64,000 nucleotides of DNA from Perkinsus chesapeaki ATCC PRA-425 (GCA_013115145.1 JAAPAO010000038.1:1-64000); one strand, 5' to 3'; counted from the first letter of the stretch, positions 1 to 11,573 are shown. Notes: generated by a model not told the origin, from the letters alone. Made by a program: numbers and translations.

Positions 1-402
1 TGTTGTACTGTATTTATGGCAACGCTTGTCCGTCTAACTGATCTGAGTTAAAATGGGTAAAAAGACGGCACAACTTTTTCAAAGTTAATCCGTTTCCCGT
101 GAGAGATGGAATTCTTCCGAAAATCGGAGGAAGGACTTTTCCCACAAACGCACCACTGCGATAAGTTACGAGCTTTTGAAAAGTCAACCAACAGGGAGAT
201 TTGAACTCTCGAAGACCAAGTTAGTTTTGCCTTCAGAAACGGGACGGTGGCCGCGACGATGAACGAGAGAAAACGTCCGACATAATCGTTCGAAACTAAG
301 TGGGTAAAAACATCAGTCTCGCTCGCCACAATCGCTATTAGATACCCCGCCTTAAAACGTCTAGCGCATAAACGTTCATCGTCTTGTTGTTTAAACCTAC
401 TA

Positions 403-1330
403 ATGGCTCAGCAATCTGGTGTGCCCGAGTTTAAGCTCTTGTTGGTTGGTGATGGTGGTGTTGGGAAAACCACTTTGGTGAAACGTCATCTTACTGGAGA
501 ATTTGAGAAGAAGTATATCCCCACTCTTGGCGTCGAGGTACTTAATCGATTTTTTATGTTGGTCATCAAGTTGACCTATTTTGTATCCTACCTGCTTCTC
601 GGAAAGATTCCACCTTTAGGTACACCCGCTGAAGTTCATGACCAACTGTGGTGAGATTATCTTCAACGTCTGGGATACCGCTGGCCAAGAGAAGTTCGGC
701 GGTCTTCGAGATGGCTACTACATCCAAGCAAGTGTCGTCTCCCCGACTAACTTGTCATTTCCGCATCTTTCAGGGCCAATGCGCTATTATCATGTTTGAT
801 GTCACTTCTCGTATCACTTATAAGAACGTTCCCAACTGGCATAGGGACATTGTTAGGGTCTGCGAGAATATCCCAATTGTTCTGGTGGGAAACAAGGTCG
901 ACGTTAAAGACAGACAAGTAGGTGGATGATTCTCGATATAGTGCGTTGTTACTGTATCTTACTTGCTCAGGTCAAGGCACGTAACATTCAGTTCCACCGC
1001 AAGCGTAATCTACAATATTATGATTTATCCGCTCGTTCGAACTACAACTTCGAGAAGCCCTTCCTTTGGCTTGCAAGGAGACTAACGAACCAGCCCCAGC
1101 TCGTTTTCCAGGTTAGTTTGGGGTGGTGGTTATACATGTTGTTTTGCACTCGAGAGGTCCTAGGGTCGATCCCCGTATGCGGTATTTCTGTAAACGTTTG
1201 TCGTTTCCTTTAGGGAGAGTTTGCCAAGGCACCCGAGTTCCAGATCAACCCCGAGCTTGTTGCCCAACACGAGAGAGAGCTCCAGGCTGCCCAAGACCAG
1301 GCAATTGACGATGATGATGACGACTTGTAA
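403..1330 (+). CDS. RAN: Ran GTPase, 5 exons (403-537, 620-727, 774-917, 971-1111, 1214-1330)
   Basis: Spliced translation gives [41 protein letters not shown] and the acidic C-terminal tail DDDDDL*. All four introns restore the frame. Confidence 0.98.
567..587 (+). repeat. Near copy (20/21) of the 22-bp motif CAAGTTGACCTGTTTTGTATCT, in Ran intron 1
   Basis: caagttgacctattttgtatc compared with 11613-11634. Confidence 0.75.
728..773 (+). other. GC-AG intron (Ran intron 2)
   Basis: YYIQ|gcaagt...tttcag|GQCAII; only a GC donor restores the invariant Ran sequence. Confidence 0.9.
1120..1187 (+). pseudogene. Degenerate tRNA relic (Val/Ala-like) inside Ran intron 4 (1112-1213)
   Basis: GTGGTGGTTATAC (D-arm-like), TTTGCAC (anticodon-loop-like), GAGAGGTCCTAGGGTCGATCCCCG (variable loop and T-arm), then TATTT. 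The stems are broken. Confidence 0.7.
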
Positions 1331-1765
1331 CTGCTAAGTCGTTCGGTTGTCCCACAGATGACAGATGCATCGCGGGTGACAGTAACATTTCTTTCTCTTA
1401 CTTGTTATTGTGTTTGATGGCACAGAGTTGGATGGGGCAAACTGCTTGCCATTGAGATTAGTTCCCTCCGCTGGGGTTGGGTAGATTGATTACACTTTAA
1501 GGTGGTATAGATATCCTTAGCAACTCGTTTTTCGGGGTCTAGGAGCAACTAGGCTGGGCTGATGGAGTATCTTAGATATAGCTCCCCTATGCACAAACAG
1601 ATACATGCTTTAAAAGTTGGTCCTTACATTTCTACTAAGTGCCCGAGATTCACCTCAATGGGACGAGTTTGTTAAAGGGCAAGGGTCATCCGAGGACTCA
1701 TTTCTAATTGTAAAAGTACAGTACGAGAATATGTGGTTGGGTGTAGTTATTGTCCGTTCCGAGTT

Positions 1766-2785
1766 ATGGATGAAGTATATACTCCAATAAATACTAAGTC
1801 ATCAGCGCCGTCGTCGTCGTCCAACAAAACATTACGGCTGCCTTCAGAGGCCTTTTTAGCCACCCCAAGTGAATCTGGTATAAGCAGTATGGGTAGTTTG
1901 TCGCCATATGGCACACCGACTCCAATGACCACGAGTACACCAGGAAGCGCTCTTTCAGCTTTACAAGAAAGTTATGATATGAGATGTGGAGATCGTATAG
2001 CGATTGGTGGTTATGGTTTTATATACACTGCAAGATGTCGAGATTCTGGTCAAACTGTTGTGGTTAAACATGTTATAAAACCACCTTATGAAGGAAGATT
2101 CACGGATACACCAAAATGTGATGTTGAAGCTGAACTTCTTCATAAATGTAAAAATCTTGGTTTGAATAATATCAAGTCTTGTTCTGGTGGAGTTACAACT
2201 ATATTTGATGCTTATTCGGATATCGATTCACTTTATATGGTTTGCAAATATGAAGGTAATGACCTCCAGAGAATCATAGAATCTACTTACTGTGGTGGTG
2301 AAGATTCTACCAGCAGCCCTTCTACATTAGACTGGTATACAATTCGTGATTCAGTTCTGGGAACTCTGACGGCCCTTCATCATTGTGGTATATTACATAA
2401 TGATATCCGACCAGAGAACATTACCTACTATACCGACCAGGACTTCAACAATAGGTCAACTACTGCCAAGTCAACGAACCCCACTGTAAAACTCATAGAT
2501 TTTGGTTTATCCACCACATGCCATTGTCCTGCTCACTGTAAGCTTTTATCCCATTCACACGAGTATGCTAACGCTACAAATGGTATTCGGCAAAGTGCCA
2601 TTCGGCAGGCTTGGTTGAACTGTACTGATGATGAATTCAAATTATGCAGCGAGATTGAGTGTACCAACGCGATCGAAATGATCGAAGATTTATCCGGCAT
2701 AGACAACGATGAAGCTGAGTGGGTCGGCGATGCAACAGAAGATGTTGCCGCCATTTTCACCCCGTCTGTGACTCACAGTTTGTGA
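1766..2785 (+). CDS. Intronless protein-kinase-like protein, copy 1 (subdomains I-VII only)
   Basis: IAIGGYGFIY (Gly loop), VVVK, LHNDIRPEN, VKLIDFGLS; no recognisable APE or DxWSxG afterwards. First ATG at 1766 (the ORF track starts at an upstream GTG, 1733). Confidence 0.8.
   Translation: MDEVYTPINTKSSAPSSSSNKTLRLPSEAFLATPSESGISSMGSLSPYGTPTPMTTSTPGSALSALQESYDMRCGDRIAIGGYGFIYTARCRDSGQTVVVKHVIKPPYEGRFTDTPKCDVEAELLHKCKNLGLNNIKSCSGGVTTIFDAYSDIDSLYMVCKYEGNDLQRIIESTYCGGEDSTSSPSTLDWYTIRDSVLGTLTALHHCGILHNDIRPENITYYTDQDFNNRSTTAKSTNPTVKLIDFGLSTTCHCPAHCKLLSHSHEYANATNGIRQSAIRQAWLNCTDDEFKLCSEIECTNAIEMIEDLSGIDNDEAEWVGDATEDVAAIFTPSVTHSL
1940..2575 (+). repeat. 636-bp near-identical direct repeat (partner at 4290-4925)
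   Basis: About 6 substitutions by eye between the two kinase cores; identity drops abruptly on both sides. Confidence 0.95.
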
Positions 2786-3959
2786 GTGTCACTTCGCCGT
2801 GATATAAGTCGTTTTGTACTGATTTGTACGAAAGCTGCTGAACTGTTGTACATCATTACTGCAGCAGCTTATATAATTTTCCCAGATATTAACAGCCAAC
2901 GGTCGCCGGGTATAATAAATTATGAAAATCCACTAAAGCCTTTTATCTCAAATTTGCGGCATTATCAATCACTGCCCAGCATGATCGCCAGAGCGGCTCG
3001 TGACCAACACTTTTCTCATTTATGTACTTGCCACATTATAAACCTATCACCATAGTCTTTGCGACGTGCTGCTGCATTTCTTTGCAGTGGAGGTGCTGCT
3101 GCTGGCAACTTATTGGTGATGGCGTTGTCATTGATCCTAACCATTTTGTGTAAAGGAAGGTGATTGCCGCGACCAATTTGAGTTTTGCCGTACCTGTATC
3201 ATTTTGGACCAATGAAAAGCACAAGTTGCGCTGAGATGATCGCATCATGGTTACACAAATATATTCAATCGTAATCGATTAAGCTGATGATAAGTTTCAT
3301 ACCTGAACAGGGTTGTGTTCCTTATGAGAGGATATCATTGGAAAGTAGCGACCTGTGTGTCACGCCTCCTCTTCTTGCCTGTGACATTTACTTCCTCTTA
3401 AAGCATACCAGCGTTCGCTCATGCTATAATCCCATTTCCCGTTGATCATTCTCCCCAAGTTGACCTTTTGAGGTGACCAATCCATCGTGGGTTGCACCGC
3501 GACCGTCGTAGACTGCATCGGTCTGATTTTAAACTATCTCGTTCATTGAGGCCTCTATAAGGATTCGCTTTACGAGACAGCAACTGTTTAGGCAACGGTG
3601 GTTTCATCTTTAGCTTAGCGTAAGTTACCCATGATTCAGATGGCCGCCAGTTAGGGAGCCATTGATGAGCGCCAGATGTCAGGCCCAGAAGAAATGCATT
3701 CGACATAGGTCTCTTTCGGTCTAGTTATGTATCCTCTAGCTACACTTTAATTTTGTCTCCTAGTAAAGAACATTTTTCGATCCCCAATGAACACATTTAT
3801 TGAGGCTATATGAATCCGTGCTTGTGCACGTTCGGCGTTCCATAGTTTCTTTTCTCGTGTCATCTGTGATCTCGAAATGCTCTCCCGTGGAGAGCCTTCA
3901 CGTCCATATCTGCTGCATGAATCTATTCACGTCACCACGTGCAATAGCTTTGAGTTACC

Positions 3960-5066
3960 ATGCGTATGAAGAATTCGGCACTTTCTTGTTCGAGTTGCCT
4001 CGTCCTCGAGGGCAGTTCACTGGCCTTCCTCCATTTTCCTATGATTCGCTGCAGTATTTTAGTTATTTCGTTAATGTCAGCGTCAAGCGTTAGATTGGTC
4101 TCTGAGACCGCGGAGTCTCCTACTCGACGACCCAGTCCTGCAAAGAACATTATACAACTAGATTTGAATGACAATGGGATAGCAGAAATGCAAATCGTGT
4201 CCAGTCCTCGCTCGGTCGAAACCATAAAGGTCGACGATGACGACCTCTGCTGTTCGCCGCTCATGCTCACTCCCCGCCTAACCTACGTGCCAGGAAGCGC
4301 TCTTTCAGCTTTACAAGAAAGTTATGATATGAGATGTGGAGATCGTATAGCGATTGGTGGTTATGGTTTTATATACACTGCAAGATGTCGAGATTCTGGT
4401 CAAACTGTTGTGGTTAAACATGTTATAAAACCACCTTATGAAGGAAGATTCACGGATACACCAAAATGTGATGTTGAAGCTGAACTTCTTCATAAATGTA
4501 AAAATCTTGGTTTGAATAATATCAAGTCTTGTTCTGGTGGAGTTACCACTATATTTGATACTTATTCGGATATTGATTCACTTTATATGGTTTGCAAATA
4601 TGAAGGTAATGACCTCCAGAGAATCATAGAATCTACTTACTGTGGTGGTGAAGATTCTACCAGCAGCCCTTCTCCATTAGACTGGTATACAATTCGTGAT
4701 TCAGTTCTGGGAACTCTGACGGCCCTTCATCATTGTGGTATATTACATAATGATATCCGACCAGAGAACATTACCTACTATACAGACCAGGACTTCAACA
4801 ATAGGTCAACTACTGCCAAGCCAACGAACCCCACTGTAAAACTCATAGATTTTGGTTTATCCACCACATGCCATTGTCCTGCTCACTGTAAGCTTTTATC
4901 CCATTCACACGAGTATGCTAACGCTCCGAGTGATATTCAAAAAAACGCCATTCAGCAGACGTGGTCAAGTTGCACTAATAGTGAGTTCAAGCGGCGCTGT
5001 CTGATTGAGTTAATGAACGCTTCTACTCAACTTTCATCGCTGGAAGCTCTGTTCTTCCGCAAATAG
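3960..5066 (+). CDS. Intronless protein-kinase-like protein, copy 2
   Basis: Same kinase core as 1766-2785, with a different S/T/P-rich N-terminus and a diverged but alignable C-terminus. Start codon uncertain. Confidence 0.8.
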   Translation: MRMKNSALSCSSCLVLEGSSLAFLHFPMIRCSILVISLMSASSVRLVSETAESPTRRPSPAKNIIQLDLNDNGIAEMQIVSSPRSVETIKVDDDDLCCSPLMLTPRLTYVPGSALSALQESYDMRCGDRIAIGGYGFIYTARCRDSGQTVVVKHVIKPPYEGRFTDTPKCDVEAELLHKCKNLGLNNIKSCSGGVTTIFDTYSDIDSLYMVCKYEGNDLQRIIESTYCGGEDSTSSPSPLDWYTIRDSVLGTLTALHHCGILHNDIRPENITYYTDQDFNNRSTTAKPTNPTVKLIDFGLSTTCHCPAHCKLLSHSHEYANAPSDIQKNAIQQTWSSCTNSEFKRRCLIELMNASTQLSSLEALFFRK

Positions 5067-6196
5067 ATTTGTGTAACTCAACTCGGGACCCAAGTCTTGG
5101 GTTTCGAGCAATCTTCTCTCGGACTTCGGTCAGCCACGGATGGGCTAGTAGCGCAGCGCTATTAGCTTACCATCCATTCTATTTCGCTATTTCGCTTCAC
5201 TGTATCTTTAGAGTAGGAGAGTCCTCATTGACCATCTACTAGATGCCATTTAGTAACATCGGCTCACCTGAGATTCCTTGCACCAGCGTTGGAGTCTATT
5301 TATCATATGAATTACGCTTTTGAGTTTAGTAGTAGCAGTACGAAAGTTCTGCCATTGACCTAGACAAGTGTCCGGGGTCTACCAAACCAAATTCAGTTGC
5401 AGCGTCGATCACAAGCGACTGGAATCTGTAAGCTCCCGCGTGGAAGCTTGTAGCATATAACTTTGGGGTCGGTTACCGAGCCTTGGTGGTTCTCTGACAA
5501 TGCGCCGCACCGGGTGCGGGTGCATTGCACGATTCGACACAATTTGTGATAGCTGTCGAATAGACAGTGTCTTTCGTGTGTGCGGATCATTCGTAGTTAC
5601 TCGAGCGTCCCCAGAAGGAGGATAAAAGAGATCCATGCTTCGTGTACATATTCTTCGTTCACGTCCGTAATACAGACTCTGTATCATACAGTTTTCCTTC
5701 GTACACAATACGCTCGTACACTTCTTTATCGTACACCTTTGAGTAATACTCAACAAGGTCATAGACTGTACTACATTCGTTTTTGGTAAACCCTACAGTG
5801 ACAATAACAGTATAGGTATTAAACTCTCGCTCTGAAGCTGCACATAGAATGGACAGTCTAACTAGGCTAATTTTCGGCGTTGGACTATAAACTCACACAC
5901 ACACACAACAAGCGTACACATGCATTTCGTATGCAACGATCACACGAAAATAAACTAGACAACTGTTGAAGGTGGATAGACTTCCAGAAGTAGCTACATC
6001 GGGCGGGATCTTAAGTTACCAAACCAGCACCCATTAGCCGTTAATCCCCGGACATGGTGCGACTTTGCTCTTTATAAACATCTCAGTTCCATAGCTGCAT
6101 TGCATTCACTCCCTGATACTCTTCATTAACACAACAGGATAGCAATATACAACTGTTAATAGACATACATCATCACGACATTCCTAATAACATCAT

Positions 6197-7368
6197 TTAT
6201 AAGCTGGTGGGCATGATATAACCCATAACATGCACCTCTGGCGTCAAACGCTGACCATGTATGTCCTTAGACTTAGACCTCTTATCGGCTTTCTTATCAT
6301 TCTTCACCCTTGTCTTGTCATGTTCAAACCACATCAGGTAGCCCATGCCCTCACTCTGTCCATGGCCGCCACCTGCTTTGGTCGTCTCGCATGGAGTCAT
6401 CTTTATGGAATCTCTTAGCAGTAGTCTTAGTTGCCAGTCGGTGTACTTGATGAAAAGCTTGCACGAGCTGTCGGGAAGGACGAAATCTGGCACCGTCTCG
6501 GTTGTAACCACATGCTTTCCGTCATATAAATCAGAATGAAGTCGACTTCTCTTCGCGCCATCCTTGAACAAATTTTTCCTGAAAGCAATATGAAGGTCAA
6601 TTGCTGCCCCTTACTTCTCACCCTTTGGCATTGAGAGACAGCAACCTAAACTGGTCGAGCCCCGGCACCCAGCTGGCGTCGACGCTGAAGCTTTTCTTCT
6701 TTTGTTTGGTCTTTGTTCCTTTCCTCAACGTCCTTTTTACTTCTTTATTGTAGCAGACATCGAACTCGATATCGCATGCCTACACTGAGCATCCTATTTT
6801 ATTGCCTTTCATCCTACATTTTCCTCGGTGAAACGATCAGTAAATGCTTTCTCCAGTTTAAGGTTGTAAATGCTCCACGCCACAAATGAATCACTCGGGT
6901 TTGAAATACCCAATAACCTAGCATCTCGCTGGAACACAGGCGACTTTTCACCAAGGAATTTCCCAAGGTCCCTCAGCATGCCTCCACAACGAGCGGCATT
7001 ATCCTTGAAAACTTTGGCAGGTTCAACTTTCAGCATTCGAGCTATGTCTAGATCGAGCAGCCCCCTCACTTCTTCACCATTATAAGTTATCACTTCACCC
7101 CTGACAGAGTAACGTCTTATATGTCGACCGATGTATCCTACTCGGCTGTCGTCTCTTCCATCTCTAGTATGCGTGGAACTGTCATTTTGTGTATGTCCAT
7201 AGGGTTGCGAGTCTCCTCTACGACAGCCTTTATTTTGACGCCCCTCTTGTCCATCAAGTTGGCCCACAAGAATTCACAGTCAAAGTGTTGATGCTCATTA
7301 TCCTCGCCAGCAGAGGCCGAGGCGCGTTCAACGAGTAGGAGGGTGACAGCGACAGCTTTATATAACAT
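6197..7368 (-). CDS. Lineage-specific secreted protein, multi-exon, tandem copy B
   Basis: Signal-peptide-like MLYKAVAVTLLLVERASASA. Exons share HFDCEF, RGVKIKA, SDSFVAWSI.NLKLEKAFTDRFTEEN, ACDIEFDVCYNKEV and GGGHGQSEGMGYLMW with copy A. Confidence 0.7.
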
Positions 7369-7785
7369 CAGGAAATCTATCCACAAAGACGCGGGTGGAA
7401 ACGTTTCTGTCAAGCTGGGCGAGCGAGAATAATTCGAACACGTGATTTTTAGCTAATGGCAAGTTCTAGTGCTATAGCTTGCTGCTGATCCACTTAGTCG
7501 CATTAGCGGATAAGTCGACCATGCCAGCCGTAAACCTTCACGTAGGTAATGTAAGTGGCACAAATGAGTTAGTGTAAGATTTATGGTTTCACACGAGTTG
7601 ACAGTGTACGGGTTTTCGGTGTACGAGACATGATACACTCGCTGCCTTCCTCGCCCATTGTTGATCTCGAACGCTGCGGAATGTGATTCTCCGTCGTTTC
7701 GCTGACCACTAGTAGCACAACAGGAGGAGCACAACACACATCTGTTGATAAACATATACAGCGAAAACATAAATCATAACATCAT

Positions 7786-8971
7786 CTATAAGTCAGTGGG
7801 CATGTACCCCAGCACAACAGCCGCAGGCAACGCGTTCCTGCTATAGATAGTGTGGCGAACACTCTCTTCGATTTGCTTATTTCTTTTCACTCTTGCCTCG
7901 TCATGCTCAAGCCACATCAAGTAGCCCATACCCTCACTCTGTCCATGGCCGCCACCTGTCTTGCTCGTCTCGCATGGGGTCATCTTTATGGAACTTCCCA
8001 GCAGTAGTCTTAGTTGCCAGTCGGTATACTTGATGAAATATTCGCACGAGCTGTCGGGAATGTCGAAATCTGGCACCGTCTCCGTTGTAACCACATGCTT
8101 TCTGTTATATAAATCGTGAACGAGTCGTACACTTTTCTTATCTTCGTTCAATAGATTTCCCCTGAGAAACCACTCCAATGGCCCCCTCTTACCCTCTCTG
8201 CCGAGTACGACATTTCTCACCTGGTGCTGTTGAGAGCGAGTATACGAAATTCCGAGTAACCCGACTGCCAGCTGGCCCCGACTTTGATATTCTTCTTCTT
8301 TTGTTTGGTCTTTGTTCCCTTCCCCAACGTCCTTTTTACTTCTTTATTGTAGCAGACATCGAACTCGATATCGCATGCCTACACTGAGCATCCGACTTAA
8401 TTGCCTTTCATCCTACATTTTCCTCGGTGAAACGATCAGTAAATGCTTTCTCCAATTTAAGGTTGAGAATGCTCCACGCCACGAATGAATCGCTCGGAAA
8501 CGTGATGCCAAGTGATGTCGCATCTCGCTTGTACACAGGTGATTCACGATAAAGGAACTTGGAAAGTTCCTCCATTAGATCTCTACATCTGGTGGTCCGA
8601 TTCGAGGTGAGAGAAAAAAATTGCCTGGACACTTTGAAAAATAGCTCCGAGTCGAACAGACCTTCCAATTCTTCGCTCGTGTATGTCGTCACCACCCCCC
8701 TGACAGAACCAAGCTGTGAACAGTCTGATTAAGCCGCCATTGTATCTCACTTGGCCGTCGTTTCTTCCATCCATAACCGTGGGACTGTTTTGATACGTAT
8801 GGGTAGGGAGTCGGGAACCTCCTCTACGAAAGCCTTTATTTTAACGCCTCTCTGGTCCACCGAGTTATCCCACGAGAATTCACAGTCAAAGTGTTCAGCC
8901 TTGTGACCCTTAGCCGATGCCGACGCGCACTCGGCAACGAGTACTAAGAAGCCAACAGTTTTACACAACAT
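7786..8971 (-). CDS. Lineage-specific secreted protein, multi-exon, tandem copy A
   Basis: Signal-peptide-like MLCKTVGFLVLVAECASASA; same exon order and motifs as 6197-7368. Confidence 0.7.
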
Positions 8972-9362
8972 CAGGGAAGTTTTCAGTCTGAAACGGAAAA
9001 ATACAAAAAAATCTCGAGAGAAGGTTTTATAGGACAAACTCAATAGCGTTCCTGTGTCCAATTCTTTGACAGCTGCTGAGAGCCATCTATTCAACACCTT
9101 TTGTCCAGCTTAGTTCCTTCGCGTTCCTAGGAACATCCCGCTTGCTCGAGAGGGGGCGAGCGAGAATCTTTCGAGTTGAACGGGCTTTTGTGAAATATTA
9201 TGGTCGGATAGCAAACAGGCTAGGGGATGTTGTTGTATGTTATTCCTTGTCGATCTGCCTTATCGAGGCCGAACACTCTCGCGGCAGTCGGACAACAACG
9301 ATGGGTATCTAAGTTGAGCCATAAATATTCTAGGGAGGTAGTATCTATAGGTTGACCATGCA

Positions 9363-9384
9363 AGATACAAAACAGGTCAACTTG
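9363..9384 (-). repeat. 22-bp motif, perfect inverted partner of 11613-11634
   Basis: agatacaaaacaggtcaacttg is the reverse complement of caagttgacctgttttgtatct. Confidence 0.9.
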
Positions 9385-9445
9385 ACACCCTTCATGTCAG
9401 TTTAAAATGGAGTATCCTCCGAAGAACCGGTCAAAATTATGGCTT

Positions 9446-10020
9446 CTACAGCCCTATAGAAAACTGTTCTTTGTTGCCAACGGCTGGTGGTATCCCGAGC
9501 TTCTCACTCGCCGGTAATATCATCTGGACAGTGCCAACGAACTGCGTCTTAGGCGCTCCCGAGACCCGCCGGAAAAAGTCGATCTCACTTTAATTTGCTT
9601 CAGCAAAGGCGGTCAGAATAAGATACTTGAATACTTTACCAAGGAGGAGATGCAGTTTATATGGGAAAACGGTGAATAGTGGAATGGCATCCGGCGTCAA
9701 AAAAGATTCCCAGGAGGTTGATTGGTGAACCAAATTCACAACTCAAAATCGATTTGAATACCTAGTATCGTTTAGACGGGGACATGTCTTCCTACACAGC
9801 TGATGGCATCCACAGGTGATAAAATAAGGAAGATGTTTGATGAACAAGAAGCCTTGCGAGAGTCCTTAGAAGATAGGGACAAGGCCAGAGAGCATGAATG
9901 CCGATGAGTTTCTGACACCTCTAGCTGTACTGTGTTTAATTTGCCCTCTACTTTCACCTGTAGCTTTCTGGCAATGTCCTCGCCGGTAACCTCCTCTTCT
10001 GAAGGAGTCTCTAGTAGCAT
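9446..10020 (-). CDS. Hypothetical multi-exon protein, divergent from PTH2
   Basis: ATG-initiated MLLETPSEEEVTGEDIARKLQ followed by several plausible GT-AG exons. Exon structure is not resolved and no homology was recognised. Confidence 0.35.
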
Positions 10021-10044
10021 TACAAGCTTTCCCTGGTGGACGTA

Positions 10045-11573
10045 ATGGAACGAGAACGAAAAGTATTAGAAAATATTCTTTCCAGCTTATTCGTAGTTTT
10101 CGGCATCACGAAATTCATCACTGGACCATCGGGCCGACGAGCAGCTCGGCGTGTTGCTCGCTTTCTTGGCAAAGATACGCAGGTGCCAATTGCAGCTCTC
10201 TCCAAAAGTCACGCATCGAGCTTAGATACCTCCTAGAGTAGACGGTCGACAGAGAGTGCCGAGCAGCAGTTCTAGTGAGGCCAGTGAGGCCTCATCGAGC
10301 TACAGTGATGGTGAAGAATTGAAAATGGTTATCGCTGTTAGAATGGACTTGCAAATGGGAAAAGGAAAGGTAATAGGAGGGCATCGGTGAGCTTCATCGC
10401 TTTTCCGAAGGGGGGGGATTCGACCGTTTGCAGCGTCGGTTCTCGGTGGTATAGGGATGTCTGTCGGCTACTTCCTTCGAGGTGTCCCACGTCATTTGAT
10501 CGAGTTCGAGGAGCGCGAAAATTTGGCCGGAATCCAATGAAATATTTTTCAAGTTGTCTTTGCTCGTCGGCGCATCTTCCACTAAGATACGCTCATCGTT
10601 CTAGCTGCTCTATTTATCGTTCGCTGTTCAATACTGGACTCGGCCATAAGTACGGCCGGCATTGAATGAGTTTTTTTCGTCGTTGTGTCCTCAAATATAC
10701 TTGCATTCACCTTTTCCTTCTGATCTTTGCCTATTTCCAGTTTCTCAGATAGCGGCTCAATGTTGCCATGCTGCCGTCAGAAGCTACCAGAAGCTCTCCG
10801 CTCCAAGTGCGTCTATTGTCTTTCCTAAAATTCATAACTATTATCATTTTCAGCTGGTGATCCTGTGAGCGATGCTTATTGGCAACGAGTTAAGGAAGCA
10901 TGGGAGAATGGAGGACAAAGAAAAGTCGTTGTTAAGGTGATATGGCTGCTAGAGTGGGATCTGGGTCGGATGCGGCCTCGTGGGAGTGGAGCGGAGACAT
11001 AGCGAACTCGGACTTACAGTAGCACTGGTTACCGACGGTATATTAAACTATGCTGTACCGCACACTGTATAGGAAGCTCGTGGGAGATCCGTTTCCGCAA
11101 TTAAGCAGAAGCAGACACATCTTATCCGAGATGGCGATGCCCCTTAGCAGTTTCCATCGCCGCCGCCCGCGTATCTTTTTACTCCTTTCATTTCAACATC
11201 CCACGGAAGCAAGTTCATATTTAATATATTATATTAGATTAATATACAATATTATCATAAGATGATTAATAAATATTTATTACTTTATAACCTATATTTA
11301 TCTTATTAATAGTAATCTATTATCTATTTATATTAACTTATTATTATTAAATATCTCGTTCACAGTTGTGTCATTCAAGCTTGGTTTTAGGTGCCCAATG
11401 AGGAGGCGCTCAATGATGTGGTTGCTGCCGGCCGGGAAGCGGGGATTCTCGTCAGTACGATCCGTGACGCTGGGAGGACTCAGATAGCCGCCGGCTCCAA
11501 GACAGTGGCGGCGTTCGGTCCGGGACCGGAGAGCGAAATCGATAAAGTTACGGGCCATCTAAAACTACTGTAG
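10045..11573 (+). CDS. PTRH2: Peptidyl-tRNA hydrolase 2 (PTH2/Bit1 family), 5 exons
   Basis: Hydrophobic N-terminal anchor, then [18 protein letters not shown]|[17 protein letters not shown]|VP and [37 protein letters not shown]. Confidence 0.96.

Noticed and set aside
181-220. Possible extra tRNA relic on the minus strand (GAGAGTTCAAATCTCCC...TTTT)
   Set aside because: Only a T-loop-like core with irregular spacing to the T-run; too weak to count.
48-329. Minus-strand 93-aa ORF upstream of Ran
   Set aside because: It starts at GTG, has no recognisable motif and runs to the window edge; not supportable as a gene.
5393-5762. Cys-rich short minus-strand ORFs
   Set aside because: Could not be assembled into a consistent spliced gene with a start and signal peptide.
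5893-5908. Short (CA)n run; also poly-G at about 40329-40341
   Set aside because: Ordinary microsatellite and homopolymer.
10400-10430. Box B-like GGTCGAATCCCCCCC, antisense in PTH2 intron 2
   Set aside because: It lacks the TT of the T-loop and a clear acceptor strand; may be chance.
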